The notes: generated by a model not told the origin, from the letters alone. Shown: positions 51,419 to 62,008, counted from the first letter of the stretch. The stretch is 64,000 nt of DNA from Candidatus Binatia bacterium (GCA_963664015.2 CAXXLF010000002.1:2112001-2176000); one strand, 5' to 3'. Numbers and translations: made by a program.

Positions 51419-52279
51419 CTAAACCCCGTCGTTGGATAGTTTGCGCAGAGAGGTGGCGAGTCCGAAAAGGGACAAGCTATGGATCAACCATTTAGAAGGA
51501 TCGAAGTTGTACCAGTGAGGACCGTTGCGATAATCACTTTGATACCGGTGATGAAAATTGTGATAGCCCTCGCCGAAGGTGATAAGCGAAACCCACCAGC
51601 TATCCCGACTCGAGTCCGAACTGCTGTAAGGTTGATCCCCCCAGATATGGCAGATGGAATTAATACAGAAGGTCGAGTTGAGCACAAAAAATGTTCGACC
51701 GGCGCCGGCTAAGAGGAAACAACCCAGTCCCCCCTGCCATCCATTGGTGATAAAACCGACGACAAACGGCAGCAACAGGCCGGAAAGGAGAATGGCGAGA
51801 TAGTTGGAATGCTGCCACATGACCACGGGATCCTTGAGCAGGCGGGTAGCAAATTTGACGTCACGATTTGGATCTTTCCAGAACAGCCAACCACAGTGAC
51901 TATACCAGAACCCAAGCATTGCGTTGTAGGGGTCCTCTTCCTGGTCAGTTCGGGCATGGTGGCGGATATGGTCGCGCGCCCAATTCAGAGCTGAGTTTTC
52001 TAGGGCCCAACCGCCGGCAATCATCAAGGCCGCCTTTACCCAGTCGGGACATGTAAAGCTACGATGGGTGATCAGGCGATGATATCCTACCGTGATACCT
52101 AAACCAGTGATCAGGTAAAGTATGGCAAACATCGTCCAGTCAACCCAGGTGTAGTCGAAATAGTAAGCATAGGTTGGAAGTCCCACGAGAGTCCCCAAGG
52201 TGACCAGCCCGAAGATAAAGGTGGTGCCAAAATCAAATCGCCAGGCTGCGGACGGTGAAGGGTTTGTCGCCGTTATCAT
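51419..52279 (-). CDS. Delta-9-type fatty acid desaturase
   Basis: His boxes GYHRLITHRS, HIRHH and GEGYHNFHH. Confidence 0.94.
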   Translation of the reverse strand: MITATNPSPSAAWRFDFGTTFIFGLVTLGTLVGLPTYAYYFDYTWVDWTMFAILYLITGLGITVGYHRLITHRSFTCPDWVKAALMIAGGWALENSALNWARDHIRHHARTDQEEDPYNAMLGFWYSHCGWLFWKDPNRDVKFATRLLKDPVVMWQHSNYLAILLSGLLLPFVVGFITNGWQGGLGCFLLAGAGRTFFVLNSTFCINSICHIWGDQPYSSSDSSRDSWWVSLITFGEGYHNFHHRYQSDYRNGPHWYNFDPSKWLIHSLSLFGLATSLRKLSNDGV

Positions 52280-52616
52280 AATAGTCGTAATCTCCGGGAC
52301 GTTACACTAACCTATTAAAAACATTCAAATTCTCTCTATTAATTGGACGATTATCGTGCCCCAAACGGGAGAGAAAAGGCCGTTGGTGTTGCCCCTGAGA
52401 CTCGAAACCCTAGTGATTGGGAGGATTAGAACTCCGGGTAAATTCCGGTAGTAGACAATCTTGGCCCAAGGGCACTAACTCTCATTCTACTGAATAACAT
52501 ACTAAGGAAATATTAGGTTAACATATAACCACTTTTGATGAAAGCAAAGAAACGACTTGAAAAGGGGGGTGGCAATGGGCAAAGAGGCAACGAAAAATTC
52601 AAGGATTATTAGGATT

Positions 52617-52821
52617 AGGAAAGGTCGTAAGCGGTGCCCGATAACGAGGAGTTAGGACCGTGAAGGCTCGAGCGCACCCCATAGCCGTCGCCCACAACCA
52701 GTGACCCCGCCGGGTTTCACCTTTTTTCTGATGTCTTGAGTCCAAACAGGACCTGATAGTGCTTCTCCAGCAGCGGGTACTGGTGGCTGATTATCGCTAT
52801 GTGATTGATCTGTACAAACAT
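52617..52821 (-). pseudogene. Collapsed VOC-family gene remnant
   Basis: GGAGG RBS; MFVQINHIAIISHQYPLLEKHYQVLFGLKTS, frameshift, PAGSLVVGDGY, then GTAYDLS*. Confidence 0.55.
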
Positions 52822-52984
52822 TTCACACCTCCATGAAAACGAAGATGCGGTTATGAGAGTGACCGCCAATGATTCGGTCGTACTTTATTCCCGTTGAGTG
52901 GGCCTTGGCAATGAGGCGAGGACGAAGGTAAAAAGTTAAAAGTAAAAAGTTTGAATTGAGATGAGGGGACTCCCTCAAATTTCA

Positions 52985-53650
52985 TTATACTCCACGCCGC
53001 GCACCCCAAAGGAGGATATGCAGACGGGGGGAGTAGCGGAAGCCATAACGCTTGCATTCCTCGATCACCCACGTAGAGCGTTGCAAAATGTCTTTACACT
53101 GGACCCCTTCGGGCATAAGGAGGATTCGTTCTTGGGGGAGCACGAAGCGTTCGGCTAGCCCAATGATTTCCGCCACGTCCGAAGCGTCGACCACGACGAA
53201 TTTCCACCAGGCACCCCGTTGAACAAATTCTCTGACGATCCCCGGATTAATGCGTTTCGCTTCCGGGACTTTTGACTCCGCAAGCTTGAGTGACACGTGC
53301 CACTGATCGACAGGTAAGGGGAGAGGGAATATTGTCCCCGAGGTCTCTACCTCAATCGTGAAGCCGCCGGCTTTTAGGCCGGCAATGAGTGGAGCGAATA
53401 GAGGGGATTCGAGGGGTTCGCCCCCCGTAACCACGGCACGGCGGCAGGGGAAGGCCGATGCCTTTAGTATCAGCCCGTTCAGGGTAACCTCTTGGCCCAT
53501 TTCTGGGTCCCAGGAGTACTTCGTGTCACACCATACACAACCTACGGAACACCCCTGGAGACGGATGAAGACCGCGGGAAGCCCTGCGGTGACGCCTTCC
53601 CCCTGTATGGAGTAAAAGCACTCGGCGATTCTTCCGCTTAGCGCCGTCAT
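52985..53650 (-). CDS. queE: 7-carboxy-7-deazaguanine synthase (radical SAM)
   Basis: FYSIQGEG, FIRLQGCSVGCVWCDTKY, TGGEP, ETSG, SPRLH. Confidence 0.93.
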   Translation of the reverse strand: MTALSGRIAECFYSIQGEGVTAGLPAVFIRLQGCSVGCVWCDTKYSWDPEMGQEVTLNGLILKASAFPCRRAVVTGGEPLESPLFAPLIAGLKAGGFTIEVETSGTIFPLPLPVDQWHVSLKLAESKVPEAKRINPGIVREFVQRGAWWKFVVVDASDVAEIIGLAERFVLPQERILLMPEGVQCKDILQRSTWVIEECKRYGFRYSPRLHILLWGARRGV

Positions 53651-54075
53651 TCCATGTCTTGAGTCAACTCGCTGTAGCAAGCTGGGGTTTCCTCGATCCG
53701 CACCCGGACTAGCCGCAGATTGTCAGGCAATGCTTTACGAATTGCCAGCCAGGCATGGCGGGTCATGACCTCAGCGGTCGGATTTTCTTTGAAACGCACA
53801 ACCCTCTCGGGAGCATCGGTCTGTACACCCACAATTGCCGGTACCAGTGGATCGTGCGCGGCGAGAAGCGTTGTGTGGTCCCATTGATTTAAGACAGCCC
53901 GTTGAACTAGCGTACGCAGGTCGTCAAAATCCACGACCATACCCAGACCATCGAGCTGCTCAGCCCCTACGGTTACCTCCAGGTAATAGGTGTGGCCGTG
54001 GAGGTAGGCGCACTTGCCAGTATGTCCCAGGATCCGATGGGCGGCATCAAATTGAAATCGTCTAGTAAGATTCAT
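53647..54075 (-). CDS. queD: 6-carboxytetrahydropterin synthase
   Basis: FDAAH..GHTGKCAYLHGHTY, GMVVDF, WDH, NPTAE, EETP. Confidence 0.93.
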   Translation of the reverse strand: MNLTRRFQFDAAHRILGHTGKCAYLHGHTYYLEVTVGAEQLDGLGMVVDFDDLRTLVQRAVLNQWDHTTLLAAHDPLVPAIVGVQTDAPERVVRFKENPTAEVMTRHAWLAIRKALPDNLRLVRVRIEETPACYSELTQDME

Positions 54076-54274
54076 GAGGCGCTGGTCAAGTTCCGGATGC
54101 CGTCGGAAACCTAGGTAGGTCCATTGGTCCCAAGTAGAACCATTGCGGCGGGATGGAACTCAAGCCTTTACATTTATTTGCAAATGGTGGTGCCCATATG
54201 GCTTTGAGAACTCTATTTTATTCCCGGGCTCAATTCAACGAGCCCTTCCTCCATACCCGCAGACGTTGGGGGCG

Positions 54275-54976
54275 TCAATCTACTTGCAGTATTCCACGAT
54301 CCGCAACGCTGAAGTACCTATCCTGTCCAATGACCACATGGTCCAGGACACGAATCCCCATCATCTCGCCGACCTCTTTTAATCTATGGGTAATCTCCGT
54401 GTCTTCCTGGCTGGGTGTCGGGTCACCACTAGGGTGGTTGTGAACGAATAGGACTGCCGCTGCCGATTCGCGGATAGCTGGGCAAAAAACTTACCGCGGG
54501 TGGACTAATGAAGCGGTCAGGGAACCTTCTGAGACCTTAACCTCGCGGAATTTTCGATCCTTGTTGTTCAGCAGCACGACGTAAAAGATCTCTCGTCTTT
54601 CTTTTTGAAACCTGGTTTGGAAATGGTGAAAGACGTTCTCTGAAGAACGCAAGAGCGCTCCCGTTCCCCATTTTTTTTGTCCCAGCCGCCTGGCAATCTC
54701 CAGGTTGGCCTTTAGTTGGGCCAGTTTGGCCGATCCAATGCCCTTGATGATTCTGAGTTCTTCCGGCGAGGCCTCGTCCAGGCCATTTAGGCCTTTGAAG
54801 CGGGTGAGGAGGGCCCGGGCATGGTCCAGGGCCGTCTCCTTTGTGCTTGCATTGCCGGTCCGCAGTATGATGGCGAGGAATTCGGTTGCGGACGACGACT
54901 CGGCTCCGTTATTGAGAAGCTTCTTGTGGGGTCGGTCCTCTTCGGGCCAATCCTTAATGGTGCGGTAGCGGGCCAT
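54275..54976 (-). pseudogene. radC: RadC (JAB-domain) gene with a nonsense codon
   Basis: IKDWPEEDRP...SLVHPR*VF (TAA 54491-54493 at the conserved Glu), then in frame HNHPSGDPTPSQED...VLDHVVIG. Confidence 0.92.
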
Positions 54977-55075
54977 CGGATGCCTCCTAATGTCTGATCC
55001 GACACATGAATATGACTTGCCTTTAAACCTAGATTCTTTCCGGTAAAATGTTTAATACACCGAGATCAAGAAAGT

Positions 55076-55150
55076 TCTCGCGCCATGCCACCAAGCTCGC
55101 AAAGAAAAATAATTTTCTATTTTCTCTGAACTTAGCCTCCTTTGCGCGAG
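55076..55150. repeat. REP-like imperfect inverted repeat
   Basis: TCTCGCGCCA..CTCGCAAAG ... CTTTGCGCGAG; fragments TCTCGCGCCA and TTCTC(T/C)GAACT recur at 56768-56792. Confidence 0.55.
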
Positions 55151-55208
55151 TGATTGTTTTTCCGATTCTGTAATCCAAATTTCAACTAAAAATTCCAACT
55201 ATATTTGG

Positions 55209-55688
55209 CTAGTGTTTACGGATAAACGTTCCGCTCTTTCCGCCGCTCTTTTTGACAAGGCGGATATCACTGATCGTCATTTCGCGATCCACGGCCTTGC
55301 ACATATCGTATATGGTCAAGGCGCACACGGATACGGCCGTCATGGCTTCCATCTCGACCCCGGTTTGGCCAGTGACCTTGGCCCGCCCTTCTATCTCGAT
55401 ACGGGTGGGATCTTTTCCCGGCGTCAGGATGAGTTCGACGGAGGTGATGTTCAGGGGGTGGCACATGGGGATGAGATCGGGTGTTTTCTTAGCGCCCATG
55501 ATGCCGGCTACTCGGGCCACGGAAAACACGTCCCCCTTCTCGACCCGATTTTCCCTAATTAACTTGAGGGTTTGGGGCCGCATGGAAATAAACCCCCGGG
55601 CTACGGCAACCTTCTCTGTGGGTTTTTTTGCCGTAACATCTACCATGCGGGCGCGACCTTGAGCATCCAAGTGTGACAGCTTTGCCAT
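55209..55688 (-). CDS. moaC: Cyclic pyranopterin monophosphate synthase
   Basis: [43 protein letters not shown]. Confidence 0.98.
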   Translation of the reverse strand: MAKLSHLDAQGRARMVDVTAKKPTEKVAVARGFISMRPQTLKLIRENRVEKGDVFSVARVAGIMGAKKTPDLIPMCHPLNITSVELILTPGKDPTRIEIEGRAKVTGQTGVEMEAMTAVSVCALTIYDMCKAVDREMTISDIRLVKKSGGKSGTFIRKH

Positions 55689-55757
55689 GTGCGACTCCTT
55701 TGCGGTGTGGATTCCACCATTGTTTGCGTGGAAAGTCTTTTATGCTACAAAAAATCT

Positions 55758-56699
55758 GTGGAGAAAAAAAGCCATCACCGAATAATCATTCTGGGTTCGG
55801 GGCCCGCTGGCCTCACGGCGGCCGTCTACACAGCCAGGGCCAACTTGGAACCGCTAGTCATAGAGGGACCTCAGCCCGGTGGCCAGCTGACTATTACTAC
55901 CGATGTGGAAAACTATCCCGGCTTTCCCGACGGTATCCTGGGACCCGACCTCATGGACGTGTTCAGGCAACAAGCGGAACGATTTGGCAGCCAGGTTCTC
56001 TTTGGCGAAGTGACCAAGGTCCAACTGGGGGAAAGGCCCTTCAAGATTGAGATGAGGAAAGAGACCCTGACCTGCGATGCCCTCATCGTTGCGACCGGTG
56101 CGTCGGCTATGCTCTTGGGGTTGGAATCGGAGAAAAAACTGATGGGTTATGGCGTGTCGGCCTGCGCAACTTGCGATGGTTTTTTCTTCAAGGAGAAAAA
56201 TTTGATCGCTGTTGGGGGAGGGGATACAGCCATGGAAGAGGCCCTCTACCTCACCAAGTTCGCTAAGAAGGTCAGTATCGTTCACCGTAGAGACCAGCTG
56301 CGTGCGTCCAAGATCATGCAGGATCGGGCCAAGAAAAACCCCAAAATTGATTTTATCTTGGATAGCGTCGTGGAAGAAGTGTACGGTGATCCCCTGAACG
56401 GCGGTGTCACTGGCGTGAAATTGAGAAACGTCAAATCGGGGAAAAGTCAGGAGTTCAAGTGCGACGGGGTCTTTATCGCCATCGGTCACGAGCCCAATAC
56501 GCAACTCTTTAAGGGCCAATTGGAGCTCAATGACAAGGGCTACATTATGACCCGGGAGGGCACCCGAACCAACGTCCCCGGAGTCTTTGCCAGCGGTGAT
56601 GCTCAGGACTACGTCTACCGCCAGGCCGTGACTGCAGCCGGGACGGGTTGCATGGCGGCCATCGACGCCGAGCGATACCTGGAAAGCCTCGAATCCTAA
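55758..56699 (+). CDS. trxB: Thioredoxin-disulfide reductase
   Basis: GSGPAG, GGQLT.TTDVENYPG, CATCDG, GGGDTAMEEA, HRRD, YRQAVTAAG; GTG start ~55758. Confidence 0.97.
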   Translation: MEKKSHHRIIILGSGPAGLTAAVYTARANLEPLVIEGPQPGGQLTITTDVENYPGFPDGILGPDLMDVFRQQAERFGSQVLFGEVTKVQLGERPFKIEMRKETLTCDALIVATGASAMLLGLESEKKLMGYGVSACATCDGFFFKEKNLIAVGGGDTAMEEALYLTKFAKKVSIVHRRDQLRASKIMQDRAKKNPKIDFILDSVVEEVYGDPLNGGVTGVKLRNVKSGKSQEFKCDGVFIAIGHEPNTQLFKGQLELNDKGYIMTREGTRTNVPGVFASGDAQDYVYRQAVTAAGTGCMAAIDAERYLESLES

Positions 56700-56716
56700 C
56701 CGAATTAACAAAGACT

Positions 56717-56981
56717 TCCCCTTCGCTAAGGCTTCGGGGAATCCTCCGAAGCTTTAGCGTAGGAGGATCTCGCGCCAAAACTTCTCCGAACTAAAATCCG
56801 AATTTCAAAGCTCGGAATCTCAAACAAACGAAAACTGTCCAATATAAAATTCGAAATCCAAGACCAGATCTCTTGGTAGTTTATTGTTTTGGATCATTCG
56901 AATTTGTTTCGAATCTCGGATTTTGAGTTTCGAAAATGTCCGAATCCTCATCTGTGATGATCTGCGTAAATATGCAGTTAA
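56717..56981. repeat. Stack of four different REP/MITE-like palindromic elements
   Basis: Hairpin CCTTCGCTAAGGCTTCGG/CCGAAGCTTTAGCGTAGG; fragments of the 55076 element; AT-rich AAATCCGAA...TTTCGAA heptad palindrome; AAATGTCCGAATCCTCATCTGTGATGATCTGCG matching 33308-33340. Confidence 0.75.
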
Positions 56982-57029
56982 TGGCTTCTGGCGCTTTGCT
57001 CCATGCGCTTGGCTGCTCCCCAATCTGTG

Positions 57030-57890
57030 CTACCAGTAGCTGTTGGCCATCTGGTGGACAGCGCGTACCACACCCTAGCCAACCTTAGCCATAAATTCGA
57101 GATCAAGGGGTTTCAGCGTGTCCGATCGGCCATGGTAGTGGGGATTGCGAAAAAAGGGGGTGTCGGTTATCAGAAGCGCCGGATAGTCGAGGTCCCAGAA
57201 AGGGGAGTGGTCGCTCAGGCGCACCTGAGGGAGCAGGGAGCCGTTCCCGGGTACCGAGAGGGTTTCAACTGGCAATCCCCGCACGCGTCTGAATTGCCGG
57301 GAGAATTGTTTCAGTAGAGAATTGGAGTTCCAATTACCAACCATAGCGATAAAGCTGCCTCGATCGGGGTAAAACCAGCTGAGCCCGACGAGGAACTCCT
57401 GACTCCCTGGGCGGCCATCCGTATAACCAACCATCTCCAGGGAGACCATGGCCTGAACCTCCGCCTTGGAAGTCTTGATTTTCCTGGCGAAGTGGGTGCT
57501 GCCGATCATGTTGAACTCTTCCAAATTAAAGCCGCAGAATAGTACCTGGGTGTGAAGCCTTGTCCGAGCCAGGATCATTGCCGTCTCGAGCATGACGGCG
57601 AGGCCACTGGCATTGTCGTCAGCCCCCCGGCGTTCCCGTCACCGAGTCGAAGTGAGCACCGACGATGATGATAGGGGAGCGCGGGTGGAGCCGGTTCGGC
57701 CGATCACATTGCGAAAGGCCTTACCCCGGAAGCGAAAGGTGTCACTTCCGATGTGAAGCCAATCGCTTCTAAATTCCCTTTCGATGGTGTTCTCGACCTC
57801 GGCGAGGTGGCGGGGGCTGCTCAGGGGATGTCTCTCAGCAACAATTTTCAGGAGCTTCTTTTTAAGTTCTTTCGGATCGACTCTTAGCAA
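57030..57890 (-). pseudogene. M28 family peptidase pseudogene
   Basis: ERHP...FRNVIG, frameshift ~57680, IIVGAHFDSV..TPGADDNASG, NLEE, LEMVGY, SDH..FW, DT.FFRNPHYH..SD; TAG at 57075-57077 before the last helix. Confidence 0.88.
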
Positions 57891-58654
57891 ACGTTGGCCC
57901 GCAGGCGCACGGAAATGCCGCGCTCTTTGAGATAGGACTTGCACTCGTCAATGGAGTACTCGCGGTAGTGAAAGATTGAAGCGGCCAAAGCGGCACTGGC
58001 CCCCCCTTGGGTTAGCCCATCGTAGATATGCTCCGGTTTGCCCACCCCGCCTGAGGCGATGACTGGAATGGTTACCTGATCTGCAATCGCCCGGGTCAAC
58101 TGCAAGTCATATCCATCCTTTGTCCCGTCCCGGTCCATACTGGTCAGGAGGATCTCCCCTGCGCCGTAGGTCGCCATTTGCTCAGCCCAGGCGCAGGCGT
58201 CTCGGCCGGTTGGTTTCCTCCCCCCATGGGTGAAGACTTCCCAGTGGTCCCCGACCCGCTTGGCGTCGATGGCTACGACAATGCACTGACTGCCAAAGGA
58301 CTCGGCCGCCTCGCGCACGAAGTCCGGCCTCGCCACTGCTCCGGTGTTGATGGACACTTTATCGGCCCCGGCGGTGAGCAGCTCGTGGATCTGACTCAGT
58401 TGATTGAGTCCTCCGCCAACAGTGAGGGGCATGAAGACCTGGTCCGCCGTACTCGCAACCACGTCGAGAATGATTTTCCGCTTCTCATGGGAGGCGGTGA
58501 TATCGAGGAAACAAAGCTCGTCGGCTCCTTCCTCGTTGTAAAGCCTGGCGATCTCCACCGGGTCCCCCGCGTCCCGTAGTTCGACGAAGTTGACCCCTTT
58601 GACAACCCGTCCAGCGCTAACGTCCAGACATGGAATGATGCGTTTGGTAAGCAA
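57884..58654 (-). CDS. hisF: Imidazole glycerol phosphate synthase cyclase subunit
   Basis: [45 protein letters not shown]; TTG start at 58654. Confidence 0.98.
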   Translation of the reverse strand: MLTKRIIPCLDVSAGRVVKGVNFVELRDAGDPVEIARLYNEEGADELCFLDITASHEKRKIILDVVASTADQVFMPLTVGGGLNQLSQIHELLTAGADKVSINTGAVARPDFVREAAESFGSQCIVVAIDAKRVGDHWEVFTHGGRKPTGRDACAWAEQMATYGAGEILLTSMDRDGTKDGYDLQLTRAIADQVTIPVIASGGVGKPEHIYDGLTQGGASAALAASIFHYREYSIDECKSYLKERGISVRLRANVC

Positions 58655-58872
58655 GGGTCTGTTAAATCCCGATTCCCCGTAATATTCGTGAAAGAGTTCC
58701 ATCTGAAACTATAATCAATCACCTGGAGAATGGGAAGAGACCTCGCTCGGCACTTACGGGAGGCGCAAAGTTCTATTGACACAGAGACCGACGGCTGATA
58801 CCTGGGGGCCACCTCCTGAGGCCCGTCGGGTCCGGAGGACCGTGCGAGGCGCCAAGGCAAAGGAGCTTATCC

Positions 58873-59400
58873 ATGACCGCGACAATGAATTCGCATCTCT
58901 AAATAGTACTTCCACCGGGCCCATGGACAAAGGCCCTCGAAGACGGCACGGTCAGTGTCCCCGGACTCACCTGGGATGCGATGACCGATATAACAAGGGC
59001 CCCGGAACGATTTGTGGCGACCCATGGCAAAGACGTGGACGTTGGGGAGAACGGTCTACGGCGCTACATTACCGCGTATCCGGCTACTCGGGTCTGGGGA
59101 CAACGGGCCTCGGAGGAAGAAAGAGCGCAGTAGCGCTGGCAGCAGATGAGCCCGGAGCAAAGGGAGGAGCTGAAAGAACGTTACGAAAAATGGAAGGCTC
59201 TGCCTTCTGAGGACAGACAAAGGCTACGGCAGAGATGGGATCGCTGGCAGTCACTCTCTCCCGAGGAACAGAAGTCTCTCAGACGCCGCTATGATCGATA
59301 TCGTGAACTACCGCAGGGAAAACGGCGTGAGTTGCGGAAGAAGTGGGCAAATTGTGAAAAGCGCGGGCGTATTTCACCGGAGCGAAGGCGGGAATCTCGT
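58873..59400 (+). pseudogene. Chimeric remnant: dihydroxyphthalate-decarboxylase-like N-terminus fused to a DUF3106-like protein
   Basis: AAGGAG RBS; MTATMNSHL*IVLPPGPWTKALEDGTVSVPG...DVGENGL, in frame with AQ*RWQQMSPEQREELKERYEKWKALPSEDRQRL repeats; stops at 58900 and 59131. Confidence 0.6.
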
Positions 59401-59446
59401 AGGAACAATAAAAAGCAAAGGCCAAATCAAGGGCGCAGCCTACTAT

Positions 59447-59929
59447 CTATTGGAACTTGTCCTTGCAGGTATACAAACACTGATTGGCCGTTTCTGTGCA
59501 CGCTTCAGGCCTGATATTGGGTTTATCAACAATACAAACCATAAAATAATCGGCACAGGTCTTCTTACAGACTTTGTATTTGGCGGCCCTCTTTTCTGTT
59601 TTCGGCGCCTCCACTATTGGCTTGGCATCTTTACAGCCTGCATTTTCTTCACCCCACGGCATCAGGGTTTTGCAGAGGATGGCACCATTAAGATGGGCGT
59701 TTTTCAAGATAGCTGTGGAGAGGTCTGCTCCGCTCAAGTCGGCAACCCTCAAGTTGGCATTTCTCAACTTGGCGCCACTCAAGTCGATATCACTCAAATC
59801 ACATCCCTCACAGGCATTGAGGGCCTTGAGTTTCATCAGGTGTTTGGCGTCAAACGCACTGGCAGCTCCGCTGCCACAGAGGGCCACCGCCAAGACCATC
59901 AGAGCCGTCAGTATCTTCAGGTTCCACAT
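59447..59929 (-). CDS. Secreted pentapeptide-repeat protein with Cys-rich tail
   Basis: Signal peptide, CEGCDLS followed by A(D/N)Lxx repeats, LCKTLMPWG, then four more Cys in two CxxxC pairs plus two others. Confidence 0.85.
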   Translation of the reverse strand: MWNLKILTALMVLAVALCGSGAASAFDAKHLMKLKALNACEGCDLSDIDLSGAKLRNANLRVADLSGADLSTAILKNAHLNGAILCKTLMPWGEENAGCKDAKPIVEAPKTEKRAAKYKVCKKTCADYFMVCIVDKPNIRPEACTETANQCLYTCKDKFQ

Positions 59930-60083
59930 CGTCTGCTGCCTCCCTGCGTCCTCTACCGTAGCACCCATCGCCGTCAATGAAATAGCCGCTGACGATTAAT
60001 CAGCGGCTTCCAACTCACGATACATTAACCTGAAATCACAAAACCACCGACGAAAAAAGAAGATACAGAGAGTAGCCCGGATG

Positions 60084-60803
60084 CTACGCAGCCTCGATGG
60101 CCTGTCGCAACGTGAATGCCCCGGCGTAAAGGGCCTTACCGACAATGACCGCCTCGATGCCGTCGGTTTCCAGTTCCTTGAGGTGGTGGATGTCGTTGAG
60201 GGAAGCGACACCGCCTGATGCAATGACGGGAATCTTGAGGGCGCGGGCCAGCCGGCGTGTCTCGGAGAGATTGACGCCCGTCTGCGTACCGTCACGGGTG
60301 ATATCCGTATAGATGATTCGTGCGGCCCCATCCGCCTCACAGCGCTTAGCCAGTTCCATGGCATCCATGGAGGTGTCTTCCTTCCATCCCCTGAGCGCTA
60401 CTCGGCCGCCGCGGGCATCGATGCCGACGGCGATTTTTCCCGGCCATCTCTTACAAGCCGACTGTAAGAACTCACGGTCTTCATAGGCCGCGGTCCCAAT
60501 AACCACACGATGGATGCCTGCTTCTACGGCCTGCTCCACCGAGCCAAGGGACCGAATTCCGCCGCCTAGCTGGACCGGGATTCCTATGCCCTGACAGATG
60601 GCCGCTACTTCCATTCGGTGAACAGGGGCTCCTTCAACGGCGCCGTTCAGGTCGACAACGTGGAGCAGGGACGCGCCCTCGGCGACCCATTGTCGTGCAG
60701 CCTCGAGAGGACTTTCGTTGTAAACCGTTTCCCGGTCCATGTCCCCCTGGAACAAGCGGACGCACCGGCCATCCTTGATGTCAACGGCGGGGATGATCTG
60801 CAT
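60084..60803 (-). CDS. hisA: ProFAR isomerase
   Basis: IIPAVDIKDGRCVRL.QG, HVVDLNGA, GGGIR, TDITRDG, ASGGV. Confidence 0.98.
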   Translation of the reverse strand: MQIIPAVDIKDGRCVRLFQGDMDRETVYNESPLEAARQWVAEGASLLHVVDLNGAVEGAPVHRMEVAAICQGIGIPVQLGGGIRSLGSVEQAVEAGIHRVVIGTAAYEDREFLQSACKRWPGKIAVGIDARGGRVALRGWKEDTSMDAMELAKRCEADGAARIIYTDITRDGTQTGVNLSETRRLARALKIPVIASGGVASLNDIHHLKELETDGIEAVIVGKALYAGAFTLRQAIEAA

Positions 60804-60806
60804 GGG

Positions 60807-61424
60807 CTAGCCCCTCTCGGCATAGCGTGCGAAGTTGGCAAGGATGCGTAGTCCCACCTGTTGGCTTTTTTCCGGATGGAACTGGCACGCAAAGAGATGA
60901 TCAGTGGCAATGCTAGAGACGAAATCCGCCCCGTAAGGTGTGGTTGTGGCAACGAGGGAATCCCCTTTGGGGTTCACATAGAAAGAGTGGACAAAGTACA
61001 CGTGCTCACCATCGGAAATGCCTTCGAGAAAGGGTGTGTCCTTTTTCTTGTTGATGCGGTTCCATCCCATGTGCGGAACTTTGTGTTCGCCATCAGCCTG
61101 AAAGCCCAGCACCCGACCGGGAAAGAGGTCGAGACCCTTTTGCAAACCGAATTCCTCGCTCTCGCTGAAAAGAAGCTGAAAGCCGAGACAGATGCCGAGA
61201 AAAGGCCTTTGTTTTTGTACCCAGTCCTGAACCGCTTCAGTCAGTCCAAAGCGTTTCAGGTTGTCCATACATGCGTGGAAGGCACCGACCCCGGGAAGAA
61301 CGATCCCGCGGGCGGTGTCGATTCGCTGGAGGTCGCGAGTCACCTCGGCTTGAAACCCCGCGTGCTCCAATCCTTTCTGGACGCTCCGTAGGTTGCCCAT
61401 GCCGTAGTCGATGATAGCGATCAT
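60807..61424 (-). CDS. hisH: IGP synthase glutaminase subunit
   Basis: DYGMGNL, LPGVG, GICLG, PHMGWN, QFHPEKS. Confidence 0.98.
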   Translation of the reverse strand: MIAIIDYGMGNLRSVQKGLEHAGFQAEVTRDLQRIDTARGIVLPGVGAFHACMDNLKRFGLTEAVQDWVQKQRPFLGICLGFQLLFSESEEFGLQKGLDLFPGRVLGFQADGEHKVPHMGWNRINKKKDTPFLEGISDGEHVYFVHSFYVNPKGDSLVATTTPYGADFVSSIATDHLFACQFHPEKSQQVGLRILANFARYAERG

Positions 61425-62008
61425 AGCTTTCCTTTGGTCGAAAGGACCCCTTGGATGCGCGGGTCGAGCCGAGTGGCCCCTTCCATGGCGCGGGCAAAGG
61501 CCTTGAAGCTGGCCTCAATGATGTGGTGTGGGTTGTCCCCCTGAGGCACGTTTATGTGAAGATTCATACCCAGTTGATTGGCAAAGGCTTGAAAAAATTC
61601 GTGAGGAAGATCGGTATCGAAGTTGCCCACACGGCCGGGACGAATCTTGACGTTGTACGAAAGATAAGGTCGGTCGCTTAGATCAACAACCACCTGTGCG
61701 AGGGCTTCGTCCAAAGGGACGCTTGATTCTCCGAAACGACGAATGCCTTGTTTATCCCCCAGGGCCTCCTTGAAGGCTTGGCCCAGGGCTAGGCCCACGT
61801 CCTCCACCGTGTGGTGCAAGTCCACGGCAAGGTCGCCTTGGGCCTTCAGCGTGATGTTAAACAAACCATGGCGCGAAAAGCTATCGAGCATGTGGTCCAG
61901 AAAGGGGATGCCGGTCTCAACTGCGGCGTTGCCGCTCCCGTCGAGTTCCAGTTCGACGGAAATATTCGTCTCCTTGGTCTTTCGTTCTACCCTAGCGGGT
62001 CTTGCCAT
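61421..62008 (-). CDS. hisB: Imidazoleglycerol-phosphate dehydratase
   Basis: [35 protein letters not shown]. Confidence 0.98.
   Translation of the reverse strand: MARPARVERKTKETNISVELELDGSGNAAVETGIPFLDHMLDSFSRHGLFNITLKAQGDLAVDLHHTVEDVGLALGQAFKEALGDKQGIRRFGESSVPLDEALAQVVVDLSDRPYLSYNVKIRPGRVGNFDTDLPHEFFQAFANQLGMNLHINVPQGDNPHHIIEASFKAFARAMEGATRLDPRIQGVLSTKGKL

Noticed and set aside
52575-52655. 26-aa basic ORF MGKEATKNSRIIRIRKGRKRCPITRS as a leader peptide
   Set aside because: No downstream co-oriented gene or attenuator; it overlaps the VOC remnant on the other strand.
8733-59133. Stop-codon reassignment or selenocysteine/pyrrolysine read-through to explain the in-frame stops
   Set aside because: The stops are a mix of TAA, TAG and TGA, fall at Trp/Glu/Gln-type positions, co-occur with frameshifts and deletions, and intact genes end with all three stop codons.
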